Assembly: GCA_964489695.1 (NCBI GenBank)
Contig: CAZAZP010000003.1
Location: 884-64,883, forward strand
Length of the DNA stretch: 64,000 nt
From: an uncultured Erysipelotrichaceae bacterium
GTDB lineage: Bacteria; Bacillota_I; Bacilli_A; Erysipelotrichales; Erysipelotrichaceae
Reading direction: 5' to 3'
The translations under genes and the position numbers were made by a program. Below the pieces are notes generated by a model. The model saw only the letters and a list, made by a program, of their open reading frames with translations, made no database searches and was not told the origin of the DNA. Shown here in pieces: positions 17,697 through 28,103 of this stretch; the first letter of the stretch is position 1, and the number at the start of each line of letters is the position of its first letter.

Positions 17697-17738
17697 ATTA
17701 TAACATAAATTTTAGCACTGTCAATAAAAGAGTGCTAA
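17697..17738 (-). promoter_or_regulatory. CIRCE (HrcA operator) overlapping a near-consensus promoter upstream of tig-lon
   Basis: 17712-17738 is TTAGCACTG-N9-GAGTGCTAA (consensus TTAGCACTC-N9-GAGTGCTAA). The minus strand has TTGACA (17719-17724), 16 nt ending TGT, then TATAAT (17697-17702). Confidence 0.75.
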
Positions 17739-18455
17739 TTAATCCAATAAATCGATCACCCGCTCGGGTGCTAATTTGTAAACTGTTATTAACTGTTGTT
17801 TCAGCGCTAAATCGCCCATTTCATCTGCCAGTTTAAAACAGATACTTGTAGCTAAAATTTCAGCTTCGGCTTGTTCATAGCTCTCCGGTAAAGCCAAATA
17901 GACTTGTTCAATTAACCGATCTTGAGCTAACTTTAAAAAACTGGGGCTTATGTTAATTAACCACTTAGCTAGTAACTCGCTAGCTAATAAATAGCCATCT
18001 GTTTCCAGTGGTAACATCACATAAAGGGGAATAAATTCATATCTTTTCCCAGCTATATTATACACTAGTTCCAAATGAATACCTTGTTTTATGCATGCCT
18101 CAATTAAGATAGCAGCAACCGATCTTAAAGGCGCTTGAGCTAAGTACTCACTAATTAGTTTAAAGTACGGCGCTAAAGCATATTGGCGTAATTTTAAAGC
18201 CGCCTCTAATTGTTCAACTTCAGTACCCGCTAATAATTGTTTTAACTCTAAACTAGACAGGTGTTTTTCTGGCACTGCGACCTTCAGTTCCGCCAAACAA
18301 AAACGTTTCAACTCTTCTAGTTGTTTTAAAATATCTAGCGGTACATAAGGTTGGGCTAATTCAACCTCAATCAATTGGATTGCAGGTTGATATTGCCCCA
18401 GTGCTAGATAGTTTTTTAGCTCATTTAACATGGTTTGATAATAGTTATTTTCCAT
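17739..18455 (-). CDS. hypothetical protein (helical, TPR-like repeats)
   Basis: ORF track. The ATG at 18455 lies downstream of an extended -10 TGTTATAAT (18477-18485), so the TTG at 18491 is unlikely. Confidence 0.5.
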   Translation of the reverse strand: MENNYYQTMLNELKNYLALGQYQPAIQLIEVELAQPYVPLDILKQLEELKRFCLAELKVAVPEKHLSSLELKQLLAGTEVEQLEAALKLRQYALAPYFKLISEYLAQAPLRSVAAILIEACIKQGIHLELVYNIAGKRYEFIPLYVMLPLETDGYLLASELLAKWLINISPSFLKLAQDRLIEQVYLALPESYEQAEAEILATSICFKLADEMGDLALKQQLITVYKLAPERVIDLLD

Positions 18456-18499
18456 ACTCACCTGTAAGACTGGCTTATTATAACACACCAAAGCAACTA

Positions 18500-18528
18500 T
18501 TGAAAAAATATTGATTGTTTGTTAATAT
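18500..18528 (+). promoter_or_regulatory. candidate promoter of tRNA-Arg
   Basis: TTGAAA, 17 nt ending TGT, then TAATAT. The -10 ends 10 nt before the tRNA 5' end. Confidence 0.45.
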
Positions 18529-18538
18529 TATTGAGCGT

Positions 18539-18615
18539 GTCCACGTAGCTCAGTTGGATAGAGCATGCGCCTTCTAAGCGCACGGTCGGGGGTTCGAATC
18601 CCTCCGTGGACGCCA
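18539..18615 (+). tRNA. tRNA-Arg (anticodon UCU)
   Basis: GTCCACGTAGCTCAGTTGGATAGAGC, anticodon loop CTTCTAA, GGTTCGAATCC, CGTGGACGCCA. Confidence 0.93.
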
Positions 18616-18627
18616 ACTGATAAAAAA

Positions 18628-18651
18628 AGCCAAAGGAAACTTTGGCTTTTT
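18628..18651. terminator. bidirectional terminator (tRNA-Arg / phosphoesterase gene)
   Basis: AGCCAAAG-GAAA-CTTTGGCT flanked by A7 and T5. Confidence 0.7.
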
Positions 18652-19111
18652 AATAACGTTTTAACGCAACTTGATATTGATCTTTACTTTGATAATCGAC
18701 CAACATATAACTAATAGGTGTCCCATCGCGGTTATACCGTAATGAGCCGGGATTTAAAACTAAGACATCATCAATTAATTGCTCAAAAGGCCGATGAGTA
18801 TGACCAAAACAAACAATCTGACAATTTAATTGTTTCGCTTGTTCGACTAATTTTTTCACCCGATCAAAGCTGTAAACCTGATGACCATGAATCAATAAGA
18901 TGCGGATATTATCTTTAGTAATAATTAAATAATTAGGAAAGTCATAGTAATAATCATTATTACCCGCAACCACTTGATATGGCACTAATTGGGCTGGTGA
19001 TAACTCCGAATCACCGGCATGTAAATAAAAATCTTGTTGTGGATATTTTTCTACTAAAGCTTTTAAGGGCGCTACTTGGCCATGATTATCACTCACCAAC
19101 AAAAATTTCAT
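18650..19111 (-). CDS. YfcE/YsnB-type metallophosphoesterase
   Basis: MKFLLVSDNHG, GD, GNND, GHTH motifs of the calcineurin-like phosphoesterase fold. Start behind GGAGG. Confidence 0.85.
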   Translation of the reverse strand: MKFLLVSDNHGQVAPLKALVEKYPQQDFYLHAGDSELSPAQLVPYQVVAGNNDYYYDFPNYLIITKDNIRILLIHGHQVYSFDRVKKLVEQAKQLNCQIVCFGHTHRPFEQLIDDVLVLNPGSLRYNRDGTPISYMLVDYQSKDQYQVALKRY

Positions 19112-19820
19112 CATAAACCTCCTGCACATCTAGGTGTAGTTGAAATAAATCCCGTAATTGTTGTTCCATCACAGCTTTTGAACCAGTGGTATAAAGCGCT
19201 AAATTGGCGACTGGGGCAGCTGGTAAAGTAATCAAACTATAATCAACTGGTAAAATCTCTAAGTTACTCAACTCTTTAATGAGCGGTGCTACTAAGGGAT
19301 AATGCGTACAAGCTAGAATAATTTCTCGCTGACTGCTTTGAAATGGGCATAAAAGTGGTGCTAAGTAGGCTTTAATCGTGGCTGAGTCCGTTTGGTTTTC
19401 AATTAATGAGGCTAACTCCGGCAAAGCTAGTTGCGCCACATCTTGCTTGGCTAACAGCTTAGGATAATTATTTGATTTAACGGTTTGCGCGGTACCTAAA
19501 ACGAGTACTTTAGCGCCATTGGCTACTTGTTGGGCAGTAACTTCACTGATACTAATTAAGGTTAATTCCGGAAATAAATCTCTTAATGGTTCAATCAAGG
19601 ACGAAGCTGTATTACAAGCAATTAAAATCGTGGTAATCCTTTGTTGTTTAAACCAAGTAAAATTCTTGGCAATCAAACCAAGTAACTCTTTTTGGTCTTT
19701 ACTCCCATAGGGTAAATGAGCTTGATCCGCTAAGTAAACTAAGTCATAAAGCTTTTTTGTTTTTAATTGTGTTACAACGGTAATACCACCAATTCCAGAA
19801 TCAAATACGCCAATTTTCAT
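19089..19820 (-). CDS. murI: glutamate racemase
   Basis: FDSGIGG, ACNTAS and CTHYP catalytic cysteine motifs. Confidence 0.93.
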   Translation of the reverse strand: MKIGVFDSGIGGITVVTQLKTKKLYDLVYLADQAHLPYGSKDQKELLGLIAKNFTWFKQQRITTILIACNTASSLIEPLRDLFPELTLISISEVTAQQVANGAKVLVLGTAQTVKSNNYPKLLAKQDVAQLALPELASLIENQTDSATIKAYLAPLLCPFQSSQREIILACTHYPLVAPLIKELSNLEILPVDYSLITLPAAPVANLALYTTGSKAVMEQQLRDLFQLHLDVQEVYDEIFVGE

Positions 19821-19847
19821 GTTTTCGCCCCTATTTATCTTTGCTAA

Positions 19848-21605
19848 TTATACCTTATTTTTAAAATAATCAAAGATATTTTCAGCCACCGCTGTTGGAA
19901 CTACTTCCGCCAACTCCGCAAAACTAGCGTTAGAAATCGCTTTCACACTTTTAAAATGTTTTAATAAAGCTTTTTTGCGGCTAGGCCCGACTTGTTTAAT
20001 CGCATCAAGTTCAGAAGCAACTTGCGCTTTACTGCGTCGTAACTGATGAAAAGCAATCGTGTAACGGTGCACTTCATCTTGTAAATTAGCTAAAAAGAAA
20101 AATAGCGCTTCATCTTTGATGACGGGAATTTCTTCTCCATCGCGATCTAATAACATCGCGGTTTGGTGCTTTTTATCTTTGGCTAAACCCACTACTTCAA
20201 GTGGTAAATTTAAATCAGCTAAAACACTCGTGGCGGCTTTAATCTGGGTAATTCCACCATCCACGATAATTAAATCTGGTAACGGTTGGTTGTCTTTAAT
20301 TAACCGAAAATAACGGCGATATAAGACTTCCTTTAAAGAATCCACGTCACTATTTTGTTCAACCAATTTATAACGCCGATAGTCGCTCTTTAATAATGCT
20401 AAATCTTGATAAACAATCATGCCAGCCACGTTTTGTTTACCACTGAGATGAGAAATATCAAACATTTCAATCCGTTTAATTTCTTTTCCTAGTAATTGAC
20501 TAAAAGTACTAATCGCGGCTTGATGGTTGGTGGTTGAACTACTAGCTACTAAGAATTTTTCTTCTAAAGCACTTAAGGCATTTTCTTCAGCTAAATCTAA
20601 TAGTCGCTTTTTCGCCCCTTTGACTGGCGTAAAAAGACTCTTATGTAATTCACCACTAAAATTATCCACGTTTAAAGCCACCGGAATTAAAACTTCTTTC
20701 GGTAAGGGATGAGTTTCATAAAACTGCGATAACGTTGATTCCAGTGCATCGACTAAAGGTTCATATAACGGAGCTACCTGAGAGTAACGGCCATTAAGTT
20801 TGCCTTGGCGTAAATACAAAATTTGAATTGATAAATAGCCTTTATCAGCGTAGTAATTAAAGACATCCGTTTCGACTTTTTCTTTAAACGTAACGTTTTG
20901 TTTAACGCTAATATGCTTTAAAGCCGTAATCATTTCTCGGTGCTCTTGCGCTTTCTCATAACGTTGCTCAGCCGCCGCACTTAGCATTAATGCTTCTTGC
21001 TTAGCGACTAAATCACTAATATCACCATTTAATACTTTACTCGCTGCTTGGGTCATATCAATATAAACTTGTGGATCAATATCAAAAACACATGGTCCTA
21101 AACATTGCCCTAAATAATAATATAAACAAAGTTTTTTCGGCATCACATTACATTTACGAAATGGAAATAATTTATTTAATAACTCAGCGGTCTTACGTGC
21201 GGAATAAACATCTGGATAAGGTCCAAAGTAATGCGCATTTGGATCTTTGATTCGATCGCGAGCCACTAATAAACGAGGATACTTTTCCGCTGTAATCTTA
21301 ATATATGGGTAAGTCTTATCATCCATAAAAATCACGTTATAACGTGGTTGGTATTGTTTAATTAAATTAATCTCTAATAATAAGGCTTCCTTTTCATTTT
21401 TAGTTAATAAATATTCAAAATCCACAATCTCACTGACTAATTTAGTTACCTTATAGTCATGACTACCCGTGAAATATTGGTTAACTCGTTGTTTTAGACT
21501 CTTAGCTTTACCCACATAAATAACTTTCCCAGCCTGATTTTTCATTAAATAACAGCCCGGTTCTTGCGGTAAAATTGCGAGTTTAGTTTTTAATAATTCA
21601 GTCAT
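19848..21605 (-). CDS. uvrC: excinuclease ABC subunit C
   Basis: N-terminal GIY-YIG (GCYLMKN..VIYVGKA), UvrBC domain, C-terminal HhH. Confidence 0.96.
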   Translation of the reverse strand: MTELLKTKLAILPQEPGCYLMKNQAGKVIYVGKAKSLKQRVNQYFTGSHDYKVTKLVSEIVDFEYLLTKNEKEALLLEINLIKQYQPRYNVIFMDDKTYPYIKITAEKYPRLLVARDRIKDPNAHYFGPYPDVYSARKTAELLNKLFPFRKCNVMPKKLCLYYYLGQCLGPCVFDIDPQVYIDMTQAASKVLNGDISDLVAKQEALMLSAAAEQRYEKAQEHREMITALKHISVKQNVTFKEKVETDVFNYYADKGYLSIQILYLRQGKLNGRYSQVAPLYEPLVDALESTLSQFYETHPLPKEVLIPVALNVDNFSGELHKSLFTPVKGAKKRLLDLAEENALSALEEKFLVASSSTTNHQAAISTFSQLLGKEIKRIEMFDISHLSGKQNVAGMIVYQDLALLKSDYRRYKLVEQNSDVDSLKEVLYRRYFRLIKDNQPLPDLIIVDGGITQIKAATSVLADLNLPLEVVGLAKDKKHQTAMLLDRDGEEIPVIKDEALFFFLANLQDEVHRYTIAFHQLRRSKAQVASELDAIKQVGPSRKKALLKHFKSVKAISNASFAELAEVVPTAVAENIFDYFKNKV

Positions 21606-21609
21606 CTAA

Positions 21610-23910
21610 TCACCCAAATTCTACAATCGTGACGCCACTTCCACCATCATTAAAATCACCGTCACGATAATTTTTTATATACGGAAAACGTTGTAAGGTT
21701 GCTCGGACAGCTTTTTTCAGCTGACCAGTCCCGACACCGTGAATAATCTTAGTAAATGGCATTTGCGCCAATAAACATTCATCCAAATGTTTTTCCAATA
21801 GTGGGATAGCTTCAGCTACCCGCTGACCCACTAAGTTCAACTCTAGTTCTACACCTGTTTGGCGATTGACACTAATAGTTCGCTCTACGACGGGTTGACT
21901 AACCACCGCTGGAGCAACCAATTCTAAATCGGTTAATGGTGCTTTTAAACGTTGTTTATTAATAATAACTTCGGCGTATTTATTGGTTAGTTTAACGACC
22001 TCACCTAATTGATTAGCATATTTATACTTTACCCGATCACCTACCGCTAAAGGTTTTTTAGTTGGTTGTTTTTGTTTGACCCGCTTTTGGAAAGCTTGAA
22101 CTTGTTTTTGGCCGAGCGCTAAATCATGTTGGGCTTTTGCTTGTTTCAGTTCCGCTAATAATCCGTCCATTTCATCTTGCGTTTTTTCCAAAATAGCCAG
22201 TTCTTTTTCCGCTAATGTTTTCTCGAAAGTCGCTTCTTTAGTAGCTAAAGCCGTTTGTTTTTCCGCTAAAGCTGTCGCTTGTAAGGCTAACTCAGCTTCT
22301 TTTTGGGCTAAAGTTTCTGCCTCCTTAATTAAAACTTGTTTTTGGGCGGTTAAACTTTCTAACTGTAATTCGCCAGCGGTTTTAAGTTCATTAATAATTG
22401 CCTTAGCACGGTTAATCAATTGTGGTTCAAAACCATAACGTAAAGCTATTTCTAACGCATTTGATTGCCCAACATACCCCTCTAAATAGCGGAAAGTTGG
22501 TTTTAATTCCGCTAAATCAAATTCAACACTCGCCACTAAAATATCTGGTTGTGCACTACCATATGTTTTTAAGCCACTTAAATGAGTCGTCACGACTGTT
22601 AAAATCTGACGGCGTTTTAACGCTTCAATAATCGCAATCGCTAATCCTTCTCCTTCTTTCGGATCAGTACCACCACCTAATTCATCTAATAAAACTAATG
22701 AGCTCGGGGTAACTTGTTGTAAAATTTGGGCTTGTTTAGCTAAGTGAGCAGAAAAAGTCGAAAGCGAACTTTCAACAGATTGTTCATCACCAATATCCAC
22801 ATACACTTGATCAACTAGCGGAATCAGGGCTTCTTCGGCTAATAACGGAATCCCAGCGTGAGCCATCCATACCGCTAAACCTATAATCTTTAAGCTAACT
22901 GTCTTACCACCGGTATTAGGTCCAGTAATTAAAACCACGGGTTTTTCAGCTAATAAGCGATAAGTATTAGGCACTACTATTTTGGCATCAATCAAGGGAT
23001 GGCGAGCTTGCTTTAAATATAGGTTTCGTGCTTTGGTTAATTCCGGCACGATGGCATTATGTTTTTTCCCCCACAAAGCCATCGCATTAACCGCATCTAA
23101 ATAGGTTAAAGTCTCAAGATTAGCTAATAAACCAAGCGCTTCAGTTTTAACTGCTTGGCTTAGTTCCCATAAAATTTTCGCTAATTCTTGTTCAATCGCT
23201 TCTAAGACCGAAAATAATTCATTGTTTAAGTTAACCAAATTCATTGGCTCAAAATACACGGCTTGACCACTAGCTGATTCACCATAAATCAAACCGGGAA
23301 ATTTATTTTTAAAGGCACTTTTAACAAGTAAGACTTGTCGATCATGACGACTAACCACAAGATCTTCCATTAAAATATCACTATTACGGTGACGAAAATC
23401 GGTTAAAGCTTGGTCAATCCGTTCTTCTAATTGTTGCTTTTGTTTAAGGAGACTTTTGAGTTGCGGACTCGCATCCGGTTTCACTTCACCAGTTAACGTC
23501 AATTTATTTAAGATAAGTTGACTCAACGGTTGATTAAAATGTAAGGCCGCTAAATAATCCGTTAAAATTGGATAAACCGTACTTTCAGTTAAGTAACTTC
23601 GAGCTAAACGTTCGCTCGCTTGATTAAAAAGCGCAATCGCGACTAATTCAGTTGCTAAACAAGTTTGATTTTTTAAACTTGCTTGTAAAGCTAAACTAAC
23701 ATCTTTAACCCCGCTAAAATCTAAACCTTGATATTTAACTGCTAAAGCTAATAGCTCTTTAGTTAAAGCTAATTGTTGTTTTACGGTTAAATAATCAAAA
23801 CTTGGTTCTAATTCCGCGATATAAGCCTGGCCTAAAGAAAAAGCACAAAACTCAGCTAATTGTGCTTTGATTAAAGGAAATTCTAAAGCTAAGGCGGTCA
23901 GATTATTCAT
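21610..23910 (-). CDS. mutS2: endonuclease MutS2 (MutS domain V plus Smr)
   Basis: Walker A GPNTGGKT, DELGGGTDP, coiled-coil linker, C-terminal Smr (IIHGVGTGQLK). Confidence 0.95.
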   Translation of the reverse strand: MNNLTALALEFPLIKAQLAEFCAFSLGQAYIAELEPSFDYLTVKQQLALTKELLALAVKYQGLDFSGVKDVSLALQASLKNQTCLATELVAIALFNQASERLARSYLTESTVYPILTDYLAALHFNQPLSQLILNKLTLTGEVKPDASPQLKSLLKQKQQLEERIDQALTDFRHRNSDILMEDLVVSRHDRQVLLVKSAFKNKFPGLIYGESASGQAVYFEPMNLVNLNNELFSVLEAIEQELAKILWELSQAVKTEALGLLANLETLTYLDAVNAMALWGKKHNAIVPELTKARNLYLKQARHPLIDAKIVVPNTYRLLAEKPVVLITGPNTGGKTVSLKIIGLAVWMAHAGIPLLAEEALIPLVDQVYVDIGDEQSVESSLSTFSAHLAKQAQILQQVTPSSLVLLDELGGGTDPKEGEGLAIAIIEALKRRQILTVVTTHLSGLKTYGSAQPDILVASVEFDLAELKPTFRYLEGYVGQSNALEIALRYGFEPQLINRAKAIINELKTAGELQLESLTAQKQVLIKEAETLAQKEAELALQATALAEKQTALATKEATFEKTLAEKELAILEKTQDEMDGLLAELKQAKAQHDLALGQKQVQAFQKRVKQKQPTKKPLAVGDRVKYKYANQLGEVVKLTNKYAEVIINKQRLKAPLTDLELVAPAVVSQPVVERTISVNRQTGVELELNLVGQRVAEAIPLLEKHLDECLLAQMPFTKIIHGVGTGQLKKAVRATLQRFPYIKNYRDGDFNDGGSGVTIVEFG

Positions 23911-24586
23911 GGTTATGACTAATATAATCTAAAAAGTCCAAGATTTGTTTTTCACTAATCCCATTTTTACTCAACCAATTAACAAATGATTCTAACTGCT
24001 CAGCACTTAGTTGTTTGGGATCATTAATAAAATCTTGTAAAATAGCTAAATCAGCGACTGATTCACCAATCAAATTAAAGACTGGTTCACTAACTTTTTG
24101 GATTGGCTGAAGCCAGGTAGCTTCAATGATGGCTTGACCATTTTTGACTAATGGTGAACTAATTAAAAAGATTATTAATAACACTATTATGCTATACCGT
24201 AATAAACCTAAACCAACACCGAGCATCTTATTTACAAAACTAATAACTGGTACTTTACTTAATTGTTTTACTAAGAGTTTTAAAAGATGAATTAGTACGA
24301 GCATCACGATTAAAATGATAATAAACCAAACTACCCCATTGATTTTACCATAAAAGAATTCTTTTAAGATTGTATCACCAAATGGGGAAAAGTTAGCTGG
24401 TAATAAAGGAAATATGCGACTAAAAGCGGGAGCTAATAACCAAGCAATAAATAGTGCTGTCACAAAACCTAATAAATTAATTAACTGAACTAAAAAACCT
24501 TGGTTATAACCAAGTAACAGATATAAAAGTAATAAAGCCACCAAAAAAGCATTAATTAGTGGAGTATATTGGAGTGATATAATCAT
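23903..24586 (-). CDS. cvpA: CvpA family membrane protein
   Basis: Four TM segments with a CvpA-like N-terminus. The rnhC / cvpA / mutS2 order matches Bacillus (rnhC-zapA-yshB-polX-mutSB). Confidence 0.65.
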   Translation of the reverse strand: MIISLQYTPLINAFLVALLLLYLLLGYNQGFLVQLINLLGFVTALFIAWLLAPAFSRIFPLLPANFSPFGDTILKEFFYGKINGVVWFIIILIVMLVLIHLLKLLVKQLSKVPVISFVNKMLGVGLGLLRYSIIVLLIIFLISSPLVKNGQAIIEATWLQPIQKVSEPVFNLIGESVADLAILQDFINDPKQLSAEQLESFVNWLSKNGISEKQILDFLDYISHNHE

Positions 24587-24666
24587 AACTCACCTCTTTT
24601 TTTAATCATAAAGGAAAAGCCTAATTTATGCAAACAATTATGCTATCATAAATAAAGGGGGAAAAA

Positions 24667-25542
24667 ATGGCCACAGTCAGTCTTACCATGAGTCTAGCTA
24701 AGATTAAACAGTTAGCTAAAAAATATCAAGCTTACAGCGAACCACCTGGGCAATACCAACTTTATCGCTTTCGTTTACCCCAAGCAGTTATCACTGTTTA
24801 TCAAAGCCATAAAGTAGTTTTTCAAGGTAATCAAGCTGAAATTTTAGCCCGTACTTATCAACCAGCTCCTAATTTTTCACCCCATTTAGGCAGTGATGAA
24901 GTTGGTACAGGAGATTATTTTGGGCCAGTCTGTGTCGCGGCGGTCTATTTAAGTCAAGCCGATTATGATGTATTAAAAAACCAACCACTCACTGACTCGA
25001 AAGCCTTAACTGATGAGCTAATTATGAAACTAGCGCCTCAACTAATTAAGCGGCTAAAGCATCAAATTGTTTGTTTAACCCCGCATCAATATAATGAATT
25101 ACAAGTTACCCGAAATATGAATTCGATTAAAGCTTATTTACATAATCAAGCTTTATTGCGATTGAAAAAGCAACTAGCACCTTTAACTCCGTCCATTATC
25201 GTTGATCAGTTTGCTAGTCCAAAAAATTATTATCACTATCTGTTAGCTGAAGCTGACATCGTCTCAGATATTACTTTTATCACCAAAGCTGAAAGTAAAT
25301 ACGCTGCAGTTGCTGCAGCTTCTATTATTGCTCGTTATACTTTTTTAACTGAATTAGCTAAGCTTTCAAAACAATACCAGCATCACTTCTTAAAAGGAGC
25401 TGGCGTTTTAGTTGATGAAAATGCAAGAGAGTTTTTAATGAAGTATCCCGTTAGTGAATTATCTAAGGTAGCCAAGCTTCATTTTAAAAACACTGAACGA
25501 ATTTTAGGACCAAAGATTAATCAATCGCAACTGAAACTTTAA
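24667..25542 (+). CDS. rnhC: ribonuclease HIII
   Basis: GSDEVGTGDYFGP catalytic motif after a roughly 70-aa N-terminal TBP-like domain. Confidence 0.9.
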   Translation: MATVSLTMSLAKIKQLAKKYQAYSEPPGQYQLYRFRLPQAVITVYQSHKVVFQGNQAEILARTYQPAPNFSPHLGSDEVGTGDYFGPVCVAAVYLSQADYDVLKNQPLTDSKALTDELIMKLAPQLIKRLKHQIVCLTPHQYNELQVTRNMNSIKAYLHNQALLRLKKQLAPLTPSIIVDQFASPKNYYHYLLAEADIVSDITFITKAESKYAAVAAASIIARYTFLTELAKLSKQYQHHFLKGAGVLVDENAREFLMKYPVSELSKVAKLHFKNTERILGPKINQSQLKL

Positions 25543-25996
25543 CCTTTTCAGGCAATAAACGATAAGTAACACCACTAGCATTAAACATCCGCTTACTGGC
25601 TTTTACCGCATCAGTTTGTGCGTATTTATCATCTTCATAAACAACCTCACTAATTCCACTTTGAATGATCGCTTTAGCACATTCATTGCACGGAAAAAGT
25701 GACACATACAGCGTACAACCTTTTAAGCTTAGACTACTATTTAAAATTGCATTAAGTTCAGCGTGGACCACAAACGGATATTTATTAGCTAGATATTCTT
25801 CATTGCTATTTTCCCAGGGAAATTCATCATCATCACAACCCCGCGGTAAACCATTATAGCCAATCCCGACAATGCGTTTATCCGCATTAACAATACAAGC
25901 GCCAACTTGGGTATTAGGATCTTTACTCCGGAAGGCTGATAAATGAGCCATCGCCATAAAATAGTCATCCCAAGATAATACATTTTGTCTTTTCAA
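25517..25996 (-). CDS. comEB: dCMP deaminase (ComEB-type)
   Basis: SWDDYFM, HAELNAI and PCNECAK zinc motifs. TTG start overlaps the rhomboid stop. Confidence 0.9.
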   Translation of the reverse strand: MKRQNVLSWDDYFMAMAHLSAFRSKDPNTQVGACIVNADKRIVGIGYNGLPRGCDDDEFPWENSNEEYLANKYPFVVHAELNAILNSSLSLKGCTLYVSLFPCNECAKAIIQSGISEVVYEDDKYAQTDAVKASKRMFNASGVTYRLLPEKVKVSVAID

Positions 25997-27204
25997 TTGT
26001 CATACCAGCCTTTCATTTGATAGTAAGCTTCTAACCGCGTTTCAAGCCGCTCAGCCCAATAACCCAGCTTAAAATCACTCATCATTTCAACAACCCGCTT
26101 ATTAATCACAATATTGTTAATAATTAATTCGGTATTGGGATCTACGTAGCGCGCAAAACCGACCAAGCCACCGATTAAAGCACAACTCGCCAAGATTACG
26201 TTGGTTTTAAACCAACGATTTTTACTGGCGGGACTAAACAATAAAGTAATAAATAACCCCATCACGAAGCCACCTAAATGACCCCAAAAGCTAATTCCCG
26301 GCATTAAACTAATAAACAGATTTAACAATAAAATCTGGATTACTTGAATTTTTACATTACGGACTAGAATTAACCGTGATTCAAATAAATAAACTAAATT
26401 CGCTGCTAATAAACCATAGAGACCACCACTTAAACCTAATGAAACAGTATTAGAGCCCACCGTGACTAAGCTAGTTAACGAACCCACAACGATCGAAGCA
26501 AGCATGATAATTAATGTTTTTTTACTACCATAAACTTGTTCATTTAAACGACCTAATGAACTAAAAGCGACTAAGTTTAATAATAAATGTTCAATACTAC
26601 CATGTAAAAATCCCGATGATATTAAGCGCCACCATTGACCACCCCCATAAATCAGGTGTTTATAAACTGCCCCTAAAAATACCAAAGTTGGTCCTTCACC
26701 ATAGCGCGGGATGAGCCATTGTTGGATCAGATACAGTAAAATAACTAGCAGACTAATCCCAAAGGTGACCTTATTTTGTTTAATCGTCGTCACAAGTGAA
26801 AACCCACCCGGTCGTTTTTTCTTCGCAGCTAAATCAAAAACAACGTCGACGCCACTAAAGATTTCTTTAAAATCAGGTAAGTTTATCGATTGACGATTAA
26901 AACTACTGATTTGTCTTAAATCATCATGCTCGATTAATTCTTTATCCGTAATATATAAATCTAAAATTTCATGATCAATGCCTAATAATTGACCAATCGA
27001 AGTTTTAACTTTTGCGAGATAATGTACGTTATCTGATGGTTCGTCGCTCACCGAAAGTCGAATAATGGGATAATGATCAGTTTGACGTTTCACTAACCAA
27101 GTATCGTTTTCTTTTTTATCGACTGCTACCAATAGATAACCTTGTTTTTTAATCAGATAGTCAATTAAATGATAATAAATTAGACTAGCTTCAGATTTCA
27201 TCAT
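25993..27204 (-). CDS. rhomboid family intramembrane serine protease with N-terminal cytoplasmic domain
   Basis: GFLHGS..HLLLN, GLSGGLYG (catalytic Ser) and GHLGGF (His) in TM segments. Confidence 0.85.
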   Translation of the reverse strand: MMKSEASLIYYHLIDYLIKKQGYLLVAVDKKENDTWLVKRQTDHYPIIRLSVSDEPSDNVHYLAKVKTSIGQLLGIDHEILDLYITDKELIEHDDLRQISSFNRQSINLPDFKEIFSGVDVVFDLAAKKKRPGGFSLVTTIKQNKVTFGISLLVILLYLIQQWLIPRYGEGPTLVFLGAVYKHLIYGGGQWWRLISSGFLHGSIEHLLLNLVAFSSLGRLNEQVYGSKKTLIIMLASIVVGSLTSLVTVGSNTVSLGLSGGLYGLLAANLVYLFESRLILVRNVKIQVIQILLLNLFISLMPGISFWGHLGGFVMGLFITLLFSPASKNRWFKTNVILASCALIGGLVGFARYVDPNTELIINNIVINKRVVEMMSDFKLGYWAERLETRLEAYYQMKGWYDN

Positions 27205-28103
27205 AATTCCACTTCCTTTAAAACCAACGCAAAATCTGGCGGTAATTCCGCACTAAAGGTCAATTCAACCCCCGTCAGAGGGTGCTTAAATACTAGCCGG
27301 CTAGCATGTAATAATTGACGCTCAACTAAAAAACGATTTTTTCGTCGATTGTAAGTATCACCGACGATTGGATGACCAATATAAGCTAAATGCACCCGTA
27401 ATTGGTGGGTCCGACCCGTCACTAATTGACACTTAACTAAAGTATAACCGTTATAACGTTTTATTACTTGAAAATGACTAATGGCGTCTTTGCTGTTAGT
27501 CGCAGTAACCGCCATCCGTTGCCGGTTATGCGGGTCACGACCGATTGGCGCATCAATCGTGCCATGTTCCGCCTCGAGCTCACCATAGACTAAAGCGGTA
27601 TATTCACGAACAGCAGACTGATTTTTGAATTGTTGGCTTAAAGCAGCCCAAGCTGAATTTGTTTTAGCGACGATTAATAAACCACTCGTATTTTTATCTA
27701 ACCGATGCACGATACCTGGTCGCTCACTCGCTCCACTATCAGCCAAGCTCGTCCCATAATGTAATAAGCGACCAACAACCGTATCTTGTTCTTGACCAGC
27801 TCCGCTATGAACCACTAAACCAGCTGGTTTATTAATCACTAAGATATCCGCATCTTCGTAAACAATCACTAACTCTAACGGACTTTTAACTGGTACGATT
27901 TCAGCTTTTGCTTTAATCGCAACCGTTATTTCATCCTCCTCTTTTAATAGGTAATTTGGATTAACCATTAATGAATTAACAGTAATACTACCTTGTTTAA
28001 TCGCCGCTTGAATTTGGCTACGAGAATAAGTGGTTAACTGTTGCGCTAAATACTTATCTAAGCGTTGATTCGCTTCGTTAACACTAACCAGAAATTTATT
28101 CAT
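27201..28103 (-). CDS. rluD: RluA-family 23S rRNA pseudouridine synthase (RluD-like)
   Basis: S4 domain at the N-terminus, HRLDKNTSGLL catalytic Asp motif. Confidence 0.92.
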   Translation of the reverse strand: MNKFLVSVNEANQRLDKYLAQQLTTYSRSQIQAAIKQGSITVNSLMVNPNYLLKEEDEITVAIKAKAEIVPVKSPLELVIVYEDADILVINKPAGLVVHSGAGQEQDTVVGRLLHYGTSLADSGASERPGIVHRLDKNTSGLLIVAKTNSAWAALSQQFKNQSAVREYTALVYGELEAEHGTIDAPIGRDPHNRQRMAVTATNSKDAISHFQVIKRYNGYTLVKCQLVTGRTHQLRVHLAYIGHPIVGDTYNRRKNRFLVERQLLHASRLVFKHPLTGVELTFSAELPPDFALVLKEVEL

